A DNA stretch of 64,000 nucleotides. It comes from Squalus acanthias. Its lineage: Eukaryota. A program made the translations under genes and the position numbers. The notes below the pieces were generated by a model, which made no database searches, was not told the origin of the DNA, and saw only the letters and a program-made list of their open reading frames with translations. Numbering within the stretch: the first letter of the stretch is position 1; every line of letters begins with the position of its first letter. The DNA lies in assembly GCA_030390025.1 (NCBI GenBank), contig CM059432.1, positions 49,850,001 to 49,914,000 on the forward strand, given 5' to 3'. Below are positions 49,815 to 62,400 of this stretch, one piece after another.

Positions 49815-51320
49815 TTTTAGTAACAGAAAGGGTAGACAAGGGTAATGAAGTGGATGTAATATATGTGGACTTTCAAAAGACCTTTGATAAGGTACAGGGA
49901 TCCCTCCCCAACCGCGGGGGATACGTCTCTGAAAACCCCCGTGGTTAGTAAAACCACGGTTGGCAAATTTAGTATAAACACAATAAAAAAGAATATAAAA
50001 AGCATATAAAAAGCATAAAAATCATGTTATTTACCTTATTCCTAAATTAAAAACTGCGGATACGCGAATTTCACTATCGCGGTTGGCAAAAATTGTCGCA
50101 GAGTGGAAACCATGTATACATGAAATCCGCGTATGGCAAAACCGCGGTTGGGGCGGGATTCCTGTACCATATAATAGTCTCAAGACTACGTTCAGAGCAT
50201 GTGGGGTCAGGGGACAAGTAGCAGAATGGATAATAAACTGGCTACAAAACAGAAAACAGAGAGTAGGGGTTATAGATAGTTAATCAGACTGGCAGAAGGT
50301 GGGAAGTAATGTTTCACAGGATTCGGTGCTGGGACCACTGTTGTTCACCATTTATATAAATGATTTGAACTCAGGAATTGGACGTACAATATCAAAATTT
50401 GCAGGCGACACCAAATGGGGGGTATAGTTCATACCGACGAAGACTGCGACAAAATACAAGAATACGTTAACAAACTTGCAGAATGGGTGTGTAAATGGCA
50501 AATGAATTTCAATGTAGGTAAGTGTGAGATGTTGCATTTTGATAGGTGGAATAAGGAGGCCACCTACTCCTTGGAAAACAAGAGCCTATATGGGGTAGAG
50601 GAGCAAAGGGATCGAGGGGTACAGAATCACAAATCATTAAAAGTAGCAACACAGGTTAACAAAGCCATAAAAATTGTAAACAAAGCACGAGGATTTATTT
50701 CTAATGGAATAGAATTCAAAGGCAGGGAAGTTATGTTAAACTTATTTAGACCTTTGGTTAGACCACACTTAGTACTACGCACAGTTCCGGTCTCCCTGTT
50801 ACAAAAAGGATATGAACATTGGAGAAAGTGCAAAAAAGATTTATAAGGATGATACCAGAACTAATAGGGTACAATTATCAGGAACGATGAGCAGGCTGGA
50901 GCTCTTTTCTTTAGAAAAGAGAAGACTAGGAGGGGACCTGATAGAGGCCTTTAAAATTATGGAGGGGTTCGACAGGGTAGACGTGGAGAGGAAGTTGCCA
51001 CTGCTAGGCGAGTCCAAAACTAGGGGCTATAAATACAAGATAGTCACTAATAAATCCAATAAGGAATTCAGGAGAAACTTCTTTACGCAGAGAGAGGTTA
51101 GAATGTGGAACTCGCTAACACATGAAGTGGTTGAGGCGAATAGCATAGATGCATTTAAGGGGAAGCTAGATAAGTACATGAGGGAGAAAAGAATAGAAGG
51201 ATATGCTGATAGGGTGGGATGAAGTAAGGTGGGAGGAGTAAGGTGTGGAGCATAAACACTGGCATAGACTAATTGGGCTGAATGGCCTGTTTCTGTGCTG
51301 CAAAATTCTATGTAATTCAA
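49815..51320 (+). mobile_element. CR1 LINE 3' region
   Basis: VDFQKTFDKV, ORFs 50415-50846 and 50812-51222, and a 3' tail. Confidence 0.85.
49895..50164. mobile_element. Tc1/mariner-pogo-type MITE (270 bp)
   Basis: TIR CAGG(G/A)ATCCC(T/G)CCCCAACCGCGG and TA TSD; removal restores CR1 DKVPY. Confidence 0.88.
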
Positions 51321-51529
51321 TGCAGTATCAGCTGTAAATATGAACACCACACTCTCCAGCCTTATATCTAAAACCGCTTCATCACAAAGATGCCTACTTC
51401 CACCTCCGTAACATCACCCACCTCCACCCCTAGCTGAGACTTTGGGTTGCTTATGTCTTTGTCACCTTCAGACTTAATTAGTACAGTAGTGTCCTGGCTA
51501 ACTGCCCATCCTCTAACTTCTGTAAACCT

Positions 51530-51807
51530 CGGGACCACTGCTGCCATTATCACGTTCTTACTGTTACCTTCCCGGGATGCGGTGATAACTGGGAAAGATG
51601 GGAAGTAAGTGGGACGGGGACCTCGGATCCATCGTCCCCGCCAGCAAGAGCCTGCAGTGAGTGGGGTAAGGGTGGCCAGTGGATATCCAGGTGGGGGTGT
51701 GGAAGGGAAATTGAGGTTGAAGTAGTGAGGCACTGGTCTGATTTTATGCATGTTCTCTGCCACTATCTTGCCGCCTTTGGGCGGGATTGTGGAGGAGAAT
51801 CCAGCCC
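51530..51807. mobile_element. Terminal fragment of a Harbinger-family-3-like element
   Basis: Ends AATCCAGCCC followed by TTA, the same terminus as 45859. Confidence 0.45.
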
Positions 51808-53299
51808 TTATATAAAAAAAATTCTGGCACTCAGTGCAACAGCAGGAACCTTCTTGACAAAAAACAGAAGAGCTGTTCACTTATAATTGAAACTACCTAT
51901 GCAGAGTTGTCATGCTCTAATTATACATTCCTGTCAGTGGTGGCACTGTAGAGCCTCAGTTTTACACCTCCCAGTACCTCAAGCTATACTGCAGAGAAGT
52001 TACTATGCTCCAAACAGCTCTACTTTTCTGCTTCTCAAATTCCCATAAGTTTTACAGTTTAACTCTAGGTAATAACTTTCACTCAAAATATTATACTGTA
52101 TAGAAATAAGGACAGAATATATGACTTTAAAAGGACTGAATTACGTCTGCATGTTCCGGACGAATTATCCCTTCCGCTCTAACCCCACTTCACCTGAAGA
52201 CAACGCTTCGTCTTGACCCCCTGTGATGGGCTAGTAACTTTGTAAAAAGAGTTGTGTCTTCTTCATACTGTTTCTCCATCTCACAAATTTACCATACATT
52301 CCAGGTACTTTTTTCATTGGATTTATTCAACATTAAACATATTTACAACATTGTGATCACTCCATTGTGCCATACAATCGTTACTTTACCAGTATTAGCT
52401 ACAGAAATTAAAGTCATCATTGAAGATATTAACAACATCGTTATTATTCTGTTATACCGTATAATAATTTCTTTACTATTTATTAGCATCAGATATTAAA
52501 GTTCAATTTGTCTCCTGTGAAATATATTGAACTTCAATAACTGGTGAAAAAATGCCATCCTTGAATTTCTTTCTGAATAACAAATCCACAAAGCCTTATA
52601 ATGCTCTTTAAACCTATGAAAGGGTGAGGAAAAAAATGAAACTGTGAGAAGCATGGGAACCAGGGTGGGACTGGGTGAAACAGATTTGAAAGCGAGTGCT
52701 GTAGTATGTTATAGGCTGTCGATAGAAATTATATTGACCATGAGTGGAGCAGAATATAGATCTAAAAGACCTGATCATTTCTGTTATCATTGTACATAAG
52801 CTTGTGTTTTCTTTATGGCTTCTATTTCTGGACCTAAATCTGGTTAGTTAATTCAGAATCTGAGCCCAGCTTCAGGGTGGTCTGTTGGTAATACTACCCA
52901 ATGAAGTGGGTTGGAGAGAAAAAAAAGCGTGTAGGCTCCAGTATTCCAGGATGGTGAGTCCTAAAGGGCTAAGAGGTCTCTGAAGGGGCTGAAAACTATA
53001 GGGCTGCAGCCTCCAGTTCATAGGTCATGCAAAGTCTGCTTACAGGAAGTGCAGCTAGATCTTTGCAAGAAGGAATGGCTCATCAAAATACTCTGAAATT
53101 ACCTTACGCTGGTGGTAGCGAGTGGAGAGATATCTTTCCTGACAGCTTGTATGACAGAACTCCAAGAAATCAATGCAAAATTCCACAAACAAAGGTTTAG
53201 CACTGTCATATAACAGGCTTTGTTATGGACCTGGTTGTCGGGATTTATATGTTCAGTGGTTGAGTTGCACATTCACCATCATGAAACAATAAAAATGGT

Positions 53300-53715
53300 A
53301 GCACCACAGAACTGTTTAATAGCAACCTGAACAGCACTGCAGAGGTGTTAAAACCAGCCTGGACAGTTCTACAGATTGTTCTGAATCAGCCTGGACATCA
53401 CTATAAAGCAGTTCAATATCAGCTTTATTAGCACAACAGAGTTGTTTAAAACCAGCCTGGCCAGCACTGCAGATCTGTTCAAAATCAGCCTGAACAGCAG
53501 TACTTTGCTGTTCAAAACCAGTCTGGACAGCACGACAGATCTGTTCAAAATCAACTTAATTGCCACAACAGATTTGTTCAAAACCAGCCTGGAGAGCACC
53601 ACAGTGTTGTTGAACTGCAGCCTGAACAGCACAAGGCAACTATTTAAAACCAGCCTACAATGTACCACAAACCTGTAAAAACCATCCTTAGTAGCAAAAT
53701 GAAACTATTCAAAAC
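53300..53715. repeat. Degenerate ~33-bp minisatellite, ~12 units
   Basis: Unit ~TTCAAAACCAGCCTGGACAGCACNACAGATCTG; 11-aa periodicity in ORF 53442-53678. Confidence 0.85.
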
Positions 53716-54718
53716 AAACCCGCATGACACCAGCCACATTCATTTGTCGTTGTATCATCATTTATAATTAATTTATTTAGGTGAAAATCTTACTATTAGA
53801 ATATTATATTCAGTGTTTTTTGATATAGAAAGGAGATTAATGCATTCGTAAAATGAAGAGGAGGAGATGATTTTCAGGCTTTGGCCACTAAGCTATAGAA
53901 AACAGACTGCACAAATTGGAACATTTTCCCTCAGAAATTGAGAATTGAAAGGAGATACAATTAAAGTTAAAAAATATAATGAGAAGAGCAGATAAAATAA
54001 ACACTAATAAATATATGCCTTTCCATGTTACATATACCATTTTTCAATGAGAAGTCCGTCAGCTAGCATGCTCGAAGACATTTGCCATTGTGACATTATG
54101 ATGAGCCATTAGGAGGTTCAGAATGTCAGTTGACTCAACATTAATCTCATTGTTCTCTGCCTTATTCTCAGGAAATGCCTTACCTCACCTTGCATTAAAC
54201 TAATTCAAGCCCACGTACCACAATTTCAGGCAAAGCAGGTTGGTATGCCAATGTATTACATTACTGGCCTACTAACTTTGAAGTTCACTTTTATTATCTC
54301 ATTAATTTTTGACCACTTTTGGCGCCTGACCCTTTTTTTAAAACATGCACATTTTGTTGGATAATATATGCAAAACGTAATGTGTTTAGTTATTTTACAA
54401 TGCTGTTGCTGAATATTAATATAATATATCCAAACAGAAAACATAATAATTTATTATGTTTTCCAACTAAACTACAAAAAAAAGAAAGACTTGCATTTAT
54501 ATAGAACCTTTCATGACCACTGGACATCCCAAAGTGCTTTACAGCCAATGAAGTATAGTCACGGTTGTAATGGAGGAAACACGGCAGCCAATTTGCACAC
54601 AGCAAGCTCCCACAAACAGTAATGTGAAAATGAACAAATAATCTGTTTTTGTTATGTTGATTGAGGGATAAATATTGGCCACAACACCAGTGATAACTCC
54701 CCTGCTCTTCTTCAAAAG

Positions 54719-56160
54719 AATGTGGAAAATGGCCCAGGTATGTCCTGTCCACAAAAAGCAGGACAAATCCAATCCGGTCAATTACCGCCCCATCAGTCTG
54801 CTCTCAATCATCAGCAAAGTGATGGAAGGTGTCATCGACAGTGCTATCAAGCGGCACTTACTCACCAATAACCTGCTCACTGATGCCCAGTTTGGGTTCG
54901 GCCAAGACCACTCAGCTCTCAACCTCATTACAGCCATGTTCCAAACATGGACAAAGGAGCTGAATTCCAGAGGTGAGATGAGAGTGACTGCCCTTGACAT
55001 CAAGGCAGCATTTGAGCGAGTGTGGCATCAAGGAGCCCTAGTAAAACTGAAGTCAATGGGAAACAGGGGGAAAATGCTCCACTGGCTGGAGTCACACCTA
55101 GCACAAAGGAAGATGGTTGTGGTGATTGAAGGTCAAGCATGACAGCCCCAGGACATCGCTGCAGGAGTTCCTCAGGGCAGTGTCCTAGGCCCAACCATCT
55201 TCAGCTGCTTCATCAATGACCTTCCCTCCAACATAAGTTCAGAAATGGGGATGTTCGCTGATGACTGCACAATGCTCAGCGCCATTCGCAACTCCTCAGA
55301 TAATGAAGCAGTCCATGCCCACATACAACAAGACCTGGACAACGTTCAGGCTTGGGCTGATAAGTGGCAGGTAACATTCGCACCACACAAGTGCCAGGCA
55401 ATGACTATCGCCAACAAGCGAGAGTCTAGCCACCTCCCCATGACATTGAACTGCATTACCATTGCCGAATCCCCCACCATCAACATCCTGGGGGGTCACC
55501 ATTGACCAGAAACTTAACTGGATCAGCCACATAAATACTGTGGCAACAAGAGCAAGTCAGAGGCTAGGTATTCTGCGGCGAGTGTCTCACCTCCTGACTC
55601 CCCAAAGCCTTTCCACCATCTACAAGGCACAAGTAAGGAGTGTGATGGAATACTCTCCACTTGCCTGGATGAGTGCAGCTGCAACAACACTCAAGAAGCT
55701 CGACACCATCCAGGACAAAGCAGCCTGCTTGATTGGCACCCCATCCACCACCTTAAACATTCACTCCCTCCACCACCGGTGTACCGTGGCTGCAGTGTGT
55801 ACCATCTACAAGATGCACTGCAGCAACTCGCCAAGGCTTCTTCGGCAGCACCTCCCAAACCCGCGACCTCTTCCACCTAAAAGGACAAGGGAAGCAGGCG
55901 CATGGGAATAACACCACCTCCAATTTCCCCTCAAAATCATACACCATCCTGACTTAGAAGTATATCGCCGATCCTTCATCGTCACTGGGTCAAAATCCTG
56001 GAACTCCTTACCTAACAGTACTGTGGGAGTACCTTCACCACATGGACTGCAGCGGTTCAAGAAGGCGGTTCACCACCACCTTCTCAAGGGCAACTAGGGG
56101 TGGGCAATAAATGCTGGCCTTGCCCGCGACGCCCAGATCCCATGAACGAATAAAAAAAAT
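54719..56160 (+). mobile_element. 3' part (RT) of the tRNA-headed LINE family
   Basis: NYRPISLLS, QFGF, LDIKAAF, PQGSVLGP and FADD motifs; A-rich tail. Confidence 0.88.
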
Positions 56161-56354
56161 AATGCTGTGGGATCTTTCACGTCCACCTGAGAGAGCAGAC
56201 GGGCCTCGGTTTAACGTCTCATCCGAAAGACAGCACCTCTGACAGTGCAGCACTCCCTCAGCACTGCACTGGAGCATCAGCCTAAATTTTTACACTCAAG
56301 TCTCTGGAGTGGGACTTGAAACCCATAACCTTCTGACTCAGAGACAAGGGTGCT

Positions 56355-56791
56355 TGGGACGATTGGGCTTGTATTCGCTAGAGTTCAGAAGAATGAGAGG
56401 GGATCTCATCGAAACTTATAAAATTCTAACAGGACTAGACAGACTAGATGCAGGAAGGATGTTCCCGATGGCGGGGAGTCCAGAACCAGGGGTCACAGTC
56501 TAAGGATAAGGGGTAAGTCATTTAGGACTGAGATGAGGAGGAATTTCTTCACCCAGAGAGTGGTGAACCTGTGGAATTCTCTACCACAGAAGGCAGTTGA
56601 GGCCAATTCATTAAATATATTCAAGAAGGAGTTAGATATATTTCTTAAGGCTAAAGGGATCAAGGGATATGGGGAGAAAGCAGGGACAGGGTACTGAATT
56701 GGGATGATCAGCCATGATCTCATTAAATGGCAGAGCAGGCTCGAGGGGCCGAATGGCCTACTCCTGCTCCTATCTTCTATGATTCTATGTA
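56355..56791 (+). mobile_element. CR1 3'-end fragment
   Basis: Matches 11505-11943; flanking TGCT duplication. Confidence 0.88.
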
Positions 56792-57272
56792 TGCTACCAA
56801 CTGAGCCACAGCTGACACTTGGTATCATTATATAATTTTTACTTACTATTAATATGGTTTAAAATATTACAACATTTTACAAAACGGTTGAAGTATTCCT
56901 AACATTTAATAAGGAAAATCAAGCAGCAAAGATAAAATCACAAAAATGCACCAACATGTTACTTTACTAAGTCTGTAAGATAACCTACGAATCTATTTTA
57001 AATGCAGCTTTTTTTTTCATTTGGAAATTGACACTATTAACGTCTCATTCAAAATAATTAATTCTGTTGGAGCTTCTATTACTGATTTTGTTTATCAAAA
57101 TTTTGCTAAACCACTGCTGTCAAGGTTGAGCTTGTGTCATTATTTAATAAGCAACTGCAATGCCCCATTACATTTTCCTGTAGTAACTATGGTGGGAAAA
57201 TGAATAGCAAATAGACTAATGAGATTGTCAAGATAAGTTGGATTCTGTCAGTCTGAATGTATAAGTCACATA

Positions 57273-57444
57273 AGGGCCTAGAAATTCGATTGCGCTGGTT
57301 CCCGTTTTACAATATGGCGGGTGGCTTGCGCATATTCATTCCGCGCCGAAAGTGTGCCATTCATCATATTGGATCGGGCTGCTCCATAGGCATCCAGGGC
57401 GTGCACCACAAGCATTAAAAACGCTCATTATATTATTTAAATAT
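57273..57444 (+). mobile_element. Terminal fragment of an unclassified TIR-type repeat (homolog at ~62775-62965)
   Basis: Both start (GG)GCCTAGAAATTC and share CAATATG, CATATTGGATCGG and GGCATCCA. Confidence 0.5.
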
Positions 57445-57878
57445 AGTAGTGGTTATGTTACTGGACTAGTAATCCAGAGGCCTGGAATAATGATCCAGAG
57501 ATATGAGTTCACGGCAGCTGGGGAATTTAAATTCAGTTAATTAAATAAATCTGGAATAAAAAAGCTAGTATCAGTAATGGTGACCATGAAACTACCGGAT
57601 TGTCATAAAAACCCATCTGGTTCACTAATGTCCTTTAGGGAAGGGAATCTGCCGTCCTTACCCAATCTGGCCTATATTTGACTCCAGACCCACAGCAATG
57701 TGGTTGACTCTTAACTGGCCTCTGAAATGGCCCAGCAAGACACTCAGTTGTCCGCTACAAAAAACCGCAGCAGTTCAAGAAGGCGGCTCACCACCATCTT
57801 CTCAAGGTCAATTAGGGATGGCCAATAAATTCTGGCCGTGCCAGCGACGTCCACATCCCGTGAATTAATAAAAGAAAA
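57445..57878 (+). mobile_element. tRNA-headed SINE, an internally deleted derivative of the tRNA-headed LINE
   Basis: Head and leader match 38345-41060 and join directly to the LINE 3' end (GCAGCAGTTCAAGAAGGCGGCTCACC...AATAAA). Confidence 0.8.
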
Positions 57879-57984
57879 GTCTCTCAGCGAGATACTATTA
57901 TCGCACAGCTTTTGGAGGAACAGGGCCTCTCGGACAACAACTTCCTGATTTATGCATTTAACTGCGCATGTGCGATTGCAGAAC

Positions 57985-58086
57985 CCTGACAAAAGGTCAT
58001 CGACCTGAAACGTTAACTCTGTTTCTCTCTCCACAGATGCTGCCTGACCTGCTGAGTATTTCCAGCATTTACTGCTTTTATTTCAG
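57985..58086 (+). mobile_element. Penelope-like terminal fragment with a hammerhead-like core
   Basis: CTGACAA-AAGGTC-ATC-GACCT-GAAACGTTAAC. Confidence 0.6.
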
Positions 58087-59238
58087 TCTCCTATAATTTT
58101 TGTAAGTGTTTTTTGTTCTAGTTTAGCTTAATTTTGGAATAATAAAGCTTTATTGCTTTAATGGTAGTGTTTCTGGCTGGTGAAAACCTCCAAACAAGCT
58201 GTCCCAGGGAGATTTCGAATCTCAAGTCGGTGAGATAAGGGTGACAAGATTTTTCCTTATTCAGAGAGCTATGTTTGTCTTAAATCAGTCCAAATGTCTA
58301 CTCTGAATTGCTTTTGTTATTGGTTTCATATAATCATGTTTTCTTTTACATCTAAGAAATTCCATTTTACCTTTATCTTTACATTAGGAAATACACTCTT
58401 TTGTTTTCTTCTGTGAGAAATAAATATTGCAGGATTTTTCATTACTCCAAATCATATTTGGATTGATTTTCAGAAGTTAGTGTTTTGTCGGTCGCGGTAC
58501 TTTCGTGCTGTGCTTTCTTATGACTTTGCTTACAGTTGTTATTTTCAGTTCCCTTGCAATGACTTCCTAAAATACTCAAGGACACTCTTAACTTCTGTAC
58601 TAATTATGTAACAGAAATGGTGACACAAATGCTCTAAGTACGCACCATTTGTCTCATTCCCTGATTGGTTATTAATAGCTCTCAAGTTCTATATTTCCAG
58701 AGAGAAGAGGAATTAATTGACAAAGAAATCTGTATGGATCAAACCAAGACCATGGCTCACTATATAGCACAAGTTTGATATAATCTTTATTCATTTGTTT
58801 CCTTCACAATATTTGTCTGACACAGTGATGTTAACTATGCAACTTTCAAAAGCATTTAAAATTATGCGAGTCTTATTTGATTCAGGCTAGGCACAAGATA
58901 AGGTCACCATTGGAAAGTTTAAATCAAATAACATCCTGCGGGTTAAATTGGGTAACGCCCATAAATGGGCGCAGGGATCGCGACGTGTGATTAACCTGTG
59001 CCCATTCACTGTAATGCAGGCAGGACACCAACTTTGTGTTGCCTGCTCATTTCCATGATTGATGCATGCAGCCAGTGCTCCCCACGATGTTCATTGGCTG
59101 CATGCATTAGCAGAGAGCCCAAAATCGTTAGTGCCTAGCACTGCTTAAAACTAGCCTGCACCTCTTAAAGGGGAGGTGCATTGTGGCTGCTGGTGGTGCT
59201 GAGATAATTCTGAATATTGTGCTGTGGAACTATCAACA

Positions 59239-61105
59239 ATGGCTGACCATGGGGGAGAGCATGGACCAGGATTTTCGGATGCTGCATTGGTGGTCTTGGT
59301 GGAAGAGGTGGAAAGGAGAGATGTCCTGTACCCTTAGGGGGGTTAGAGGCCCTCCAGACACATGCTCAGAAGGCAGTGGCAAGAGATAGCCATGAAGGTC
59401 AATGCCAGGAGTGTAGCTGCAAGGACCTGGATGCAGTGCAGGAAGAAGTTTAATGATCTCACATGAGTTGTCAAGGTCAGTGAGTGCATCTCCAAATGCC
59501 ATAACTCAGCAACTGCACCACTAGCCTCATCCACTGCTCAATTCACTACACCCCCATCACTCACCTACCAGCAATCTCTATCAATCAGGACTCATACCTA
59601 ACATTTATATGCTTTACCTCATACTCACGCACTGTTGCAAACCTCACACCCACATCTCACAGCTTGCACACACTGGCAGCTATTCACCCATGACAGCCAC
59701 ATTACCCAAACATTTTGCACAACACTCACTGACACACTTCCCTTTCTCTTGCAGGAGAAGGTGGCGCACAACAAGTGGCAGCAGGAATTAACGGGAAGGG
59801 GAGAGGCGCACCTGCATGTTTTAACCCCCATGGAGGAGACAGTGCTGGCAATTATGGGAAGGGCCATTGCTGCGGCCGTGGCCACTAGCGGAGCTGAAGC
59901 GATTAAAAATGAGGGTATCTGCATACCTAATCCTCCTAATCTCATCTCACTTCTCCCTCATCCCTCAATCTGTTCTGATTTACAAGCTGCAGATGGTGTA
60001 AGCATGCACTTCTTACTTTGTCCTCGCCCCTCACTAAAACTCAACCTTTGTCCCTTTTTCATTTCAGATACTCAAGAACTGGAAGCTGCCCAGGCAGTGG
60101 AGGAAGAGCAAGAAGAAAGTGAAGATGAAGGGACACTGTCACTCAATTTCACAGTCGCAGCCACCAGCTCAGATACTGACACTGCGCGTATTTTAGAGGA
60201 AGGAAATAGGAGGGATCTGCATGTGGTGAGACACCGGGCAAAAGTGCGCTACAGCCAGGGCTGGGAGAAAATATAGCACAGGTGCCAGCTCGGTGGAGGG
60301 CGAGGTCACACACGAGTTCTGCCGCAGAGGACACAGATGTGGACTTCGATGGGCCTTGCTGCAGAAGAAGGCTGATGGGTGTATGCAGCCAAATGCTTGG
60401 TGGACTGGAAAGCCTGCGTTCAATATCAAGGAGCATGGTGGTGACCAGCACCAACTTGGTGCAGGGCTTGGAAACAATCCTTTCCAACACAGAATGGGTG
60501 GTCACCTCATCAACACACCTGTTGAGTTAATCATGATGGCCGATGTCTCAGCTTCCATTGCAGCACAAGTAGCATCCACCCAACGTCTGAGTGCTGCAGT
60601 GGAAGCTCAGACTACTGTCATGCAATCTCAGCTTGCTGCCATGGAAGCTCAGACTGCTGTCATCATGGCTCTGGATACCAGTGCTCAAAGGGGCTTCCAG
60701 GGCATCACAGCAGTCCATCAACCTATTCTCCAACAGATTACTAGGATTGCTGAGGTGCCGCCCCGGGAGAGTGGCAGTGGCTCCATGGAGTACGAGCCTT
60801 CTGTCCTCTCTCAGGATCACAGCATTCATGCTCCCATCCCTGCCACTCTACCAGTGCCCTTGCTGTTGCCTATCAGTCAGCCAGCCCAGATTGCTGCCAC
60901 CCATGCTGAGATGGCGCAGTCCGAAGCCGGGCCTTCTAGGCCCGGAGATCCTTGAGGTTGCCATCCAAGACCATCTGCAGTCTTCTCCGCTGAAAGTCAG
61001 CAGCCTTCCACCAACCATGCTGTAGCCACTGAGGAAGCAACTTGAAGGCGCACAGGGTTAGGCAAAGGCACATCGAAGAGTCACTAAGGGAATGCACAAG
61101 GGTGA
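59239..61105 (+). pseudogene. Myb/SANT-like accessory gene, family 2 (exons 59239-59475, 59755-59914, 60068-~61105)
   Basis: RTWMQCRKKFNDL motif; several stops and frameshifts. Confidence 0.8.
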
Positions 61106-61280
61106 TTAGTTTATTTTTTGTATGCACAATGGCATGATTTAATTTCTAATTTGGATTGGAATGTGTATTTTGTGTTGGCTTTTATTTTTGCATTGTAGGA
61201 AACATAATGATGTGATGGTCAGTGACAGAGGAAAGATAAGGAGTGTGGGACTGTTGGTGAATGGAGAATTGGGGTTGAGG

Positions 61281-62400
61281 TTACTCGTATCGCTCATGAA
61301 TTATTTGTTCACGTAGAGCCCGGGCAGAAAGGGGCTGTCTAGCCTGGCGCCTCCCTTCCTCTTCCTCCTCTTCCACCTCCTACTCTTCCACCTCCTCCTC
61401 CTCCGCCTCCTTTTCCTCGTGTTCCTGCTCCTCAGCTTCTCTCCTGATAGGTAGTGGCAAGGGTAGTTCCCTCATGATGGCAAGGTTGTGCAGCATATCA
61501 CCACAAATCTTGAGACCCACTCAGCAGAGTACTGCAGGGCTCCTCCAGAGCAGTCCAGGCAATTGCCTACTCTACAAAATTCCTTGTGGCAGCATGGCTC
61601 ATGTTGTATACTTGCTGTGCACGTGCACATGGGTTCTGGAACGGAGTCATGAGCCATGTCAAGAGTGGATGACCCTTGTTGCCCAGTAGCCACCCTTTTA
61701 TTTGCCGTGGTGGTTGAAATACAGCTGGCACAGCGGACTGCCGCAGAATGAACTAATCGTGACTGCTGCCGGGATACCGGGCAATGACCTTCATGATGTG
61801 TTGCCTATGGTCACACACCAGCGGCACATTGAGGGAGTGGAATCCCTTTCAATTCAGGTAAATGGCCGAGTTCACATGAGGTGCACGCAAAGCGATGTGC
61901 GTGCAGTCAATGGCACCCTGCTCCATGGGGAAGCCTACAATCCTTGCAAATCCTAGTGCCTGCTCCATCTGCTTCTCTCTGGCAAGAGGGAATGAGATGA
62001 AGTTGGCTCTCTTTGCATAGAGAGACTCAGTGACTTTCCTTGTGCAACAGTGCACTGCAAACTGCGAGATAGTGCTTATATCACCAGCAGCAACCTGGAA
62101 GGATCCAGATGCATAAAGGTTCAGAGCCACAGTCACCTTCACAGCCACAGGCAATGCAATCCTGGCCCTGTTCTGAGCTTGGAGTTGAGGCTGCAGCAGT
62201 TGGCAGATTTCAGTCATGACCTCTTTAGTGAAGTACAGACGTCTCAAGCATTGGTTGTAGCTGAAATTCAGGTAAGAAAATTATTCCCTAAAAACCCTCT
62301 GTGGATATGGCCTCCTGCTGAGACCCCTTCTCCCCTTCCTCATCCAGCCTCTGCTCATTCTCCCAGTCATGGTCAATGCCAAAAGGAAGCCCTACTAGGT
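61281..62400 (-). pseudogene. Harbinger transposase, family 2
   Basis: GFPMEQGAIDCTHIALRAPH and [12 protein letters not shown] motifs; disrupted frame. Confidence 0.85.

Larger units (their letters stand above)
54480..56818 (-). mobile_element. DeuSINE split by a LINE (54719-56160) and a CR1 3' fragment (56355-56791)
   Basis: Pieces 54480-54718, 56161-56354 and 56792-56818 join to the reverse complement of 19923-20365. Confidence 0.8.

Noticed and set aside
52190..52585. Possible minus-strand host exon in AT-rich unique DNA
   Set aside because: Stops occur in all frames I translated and there is no recognisable domain.
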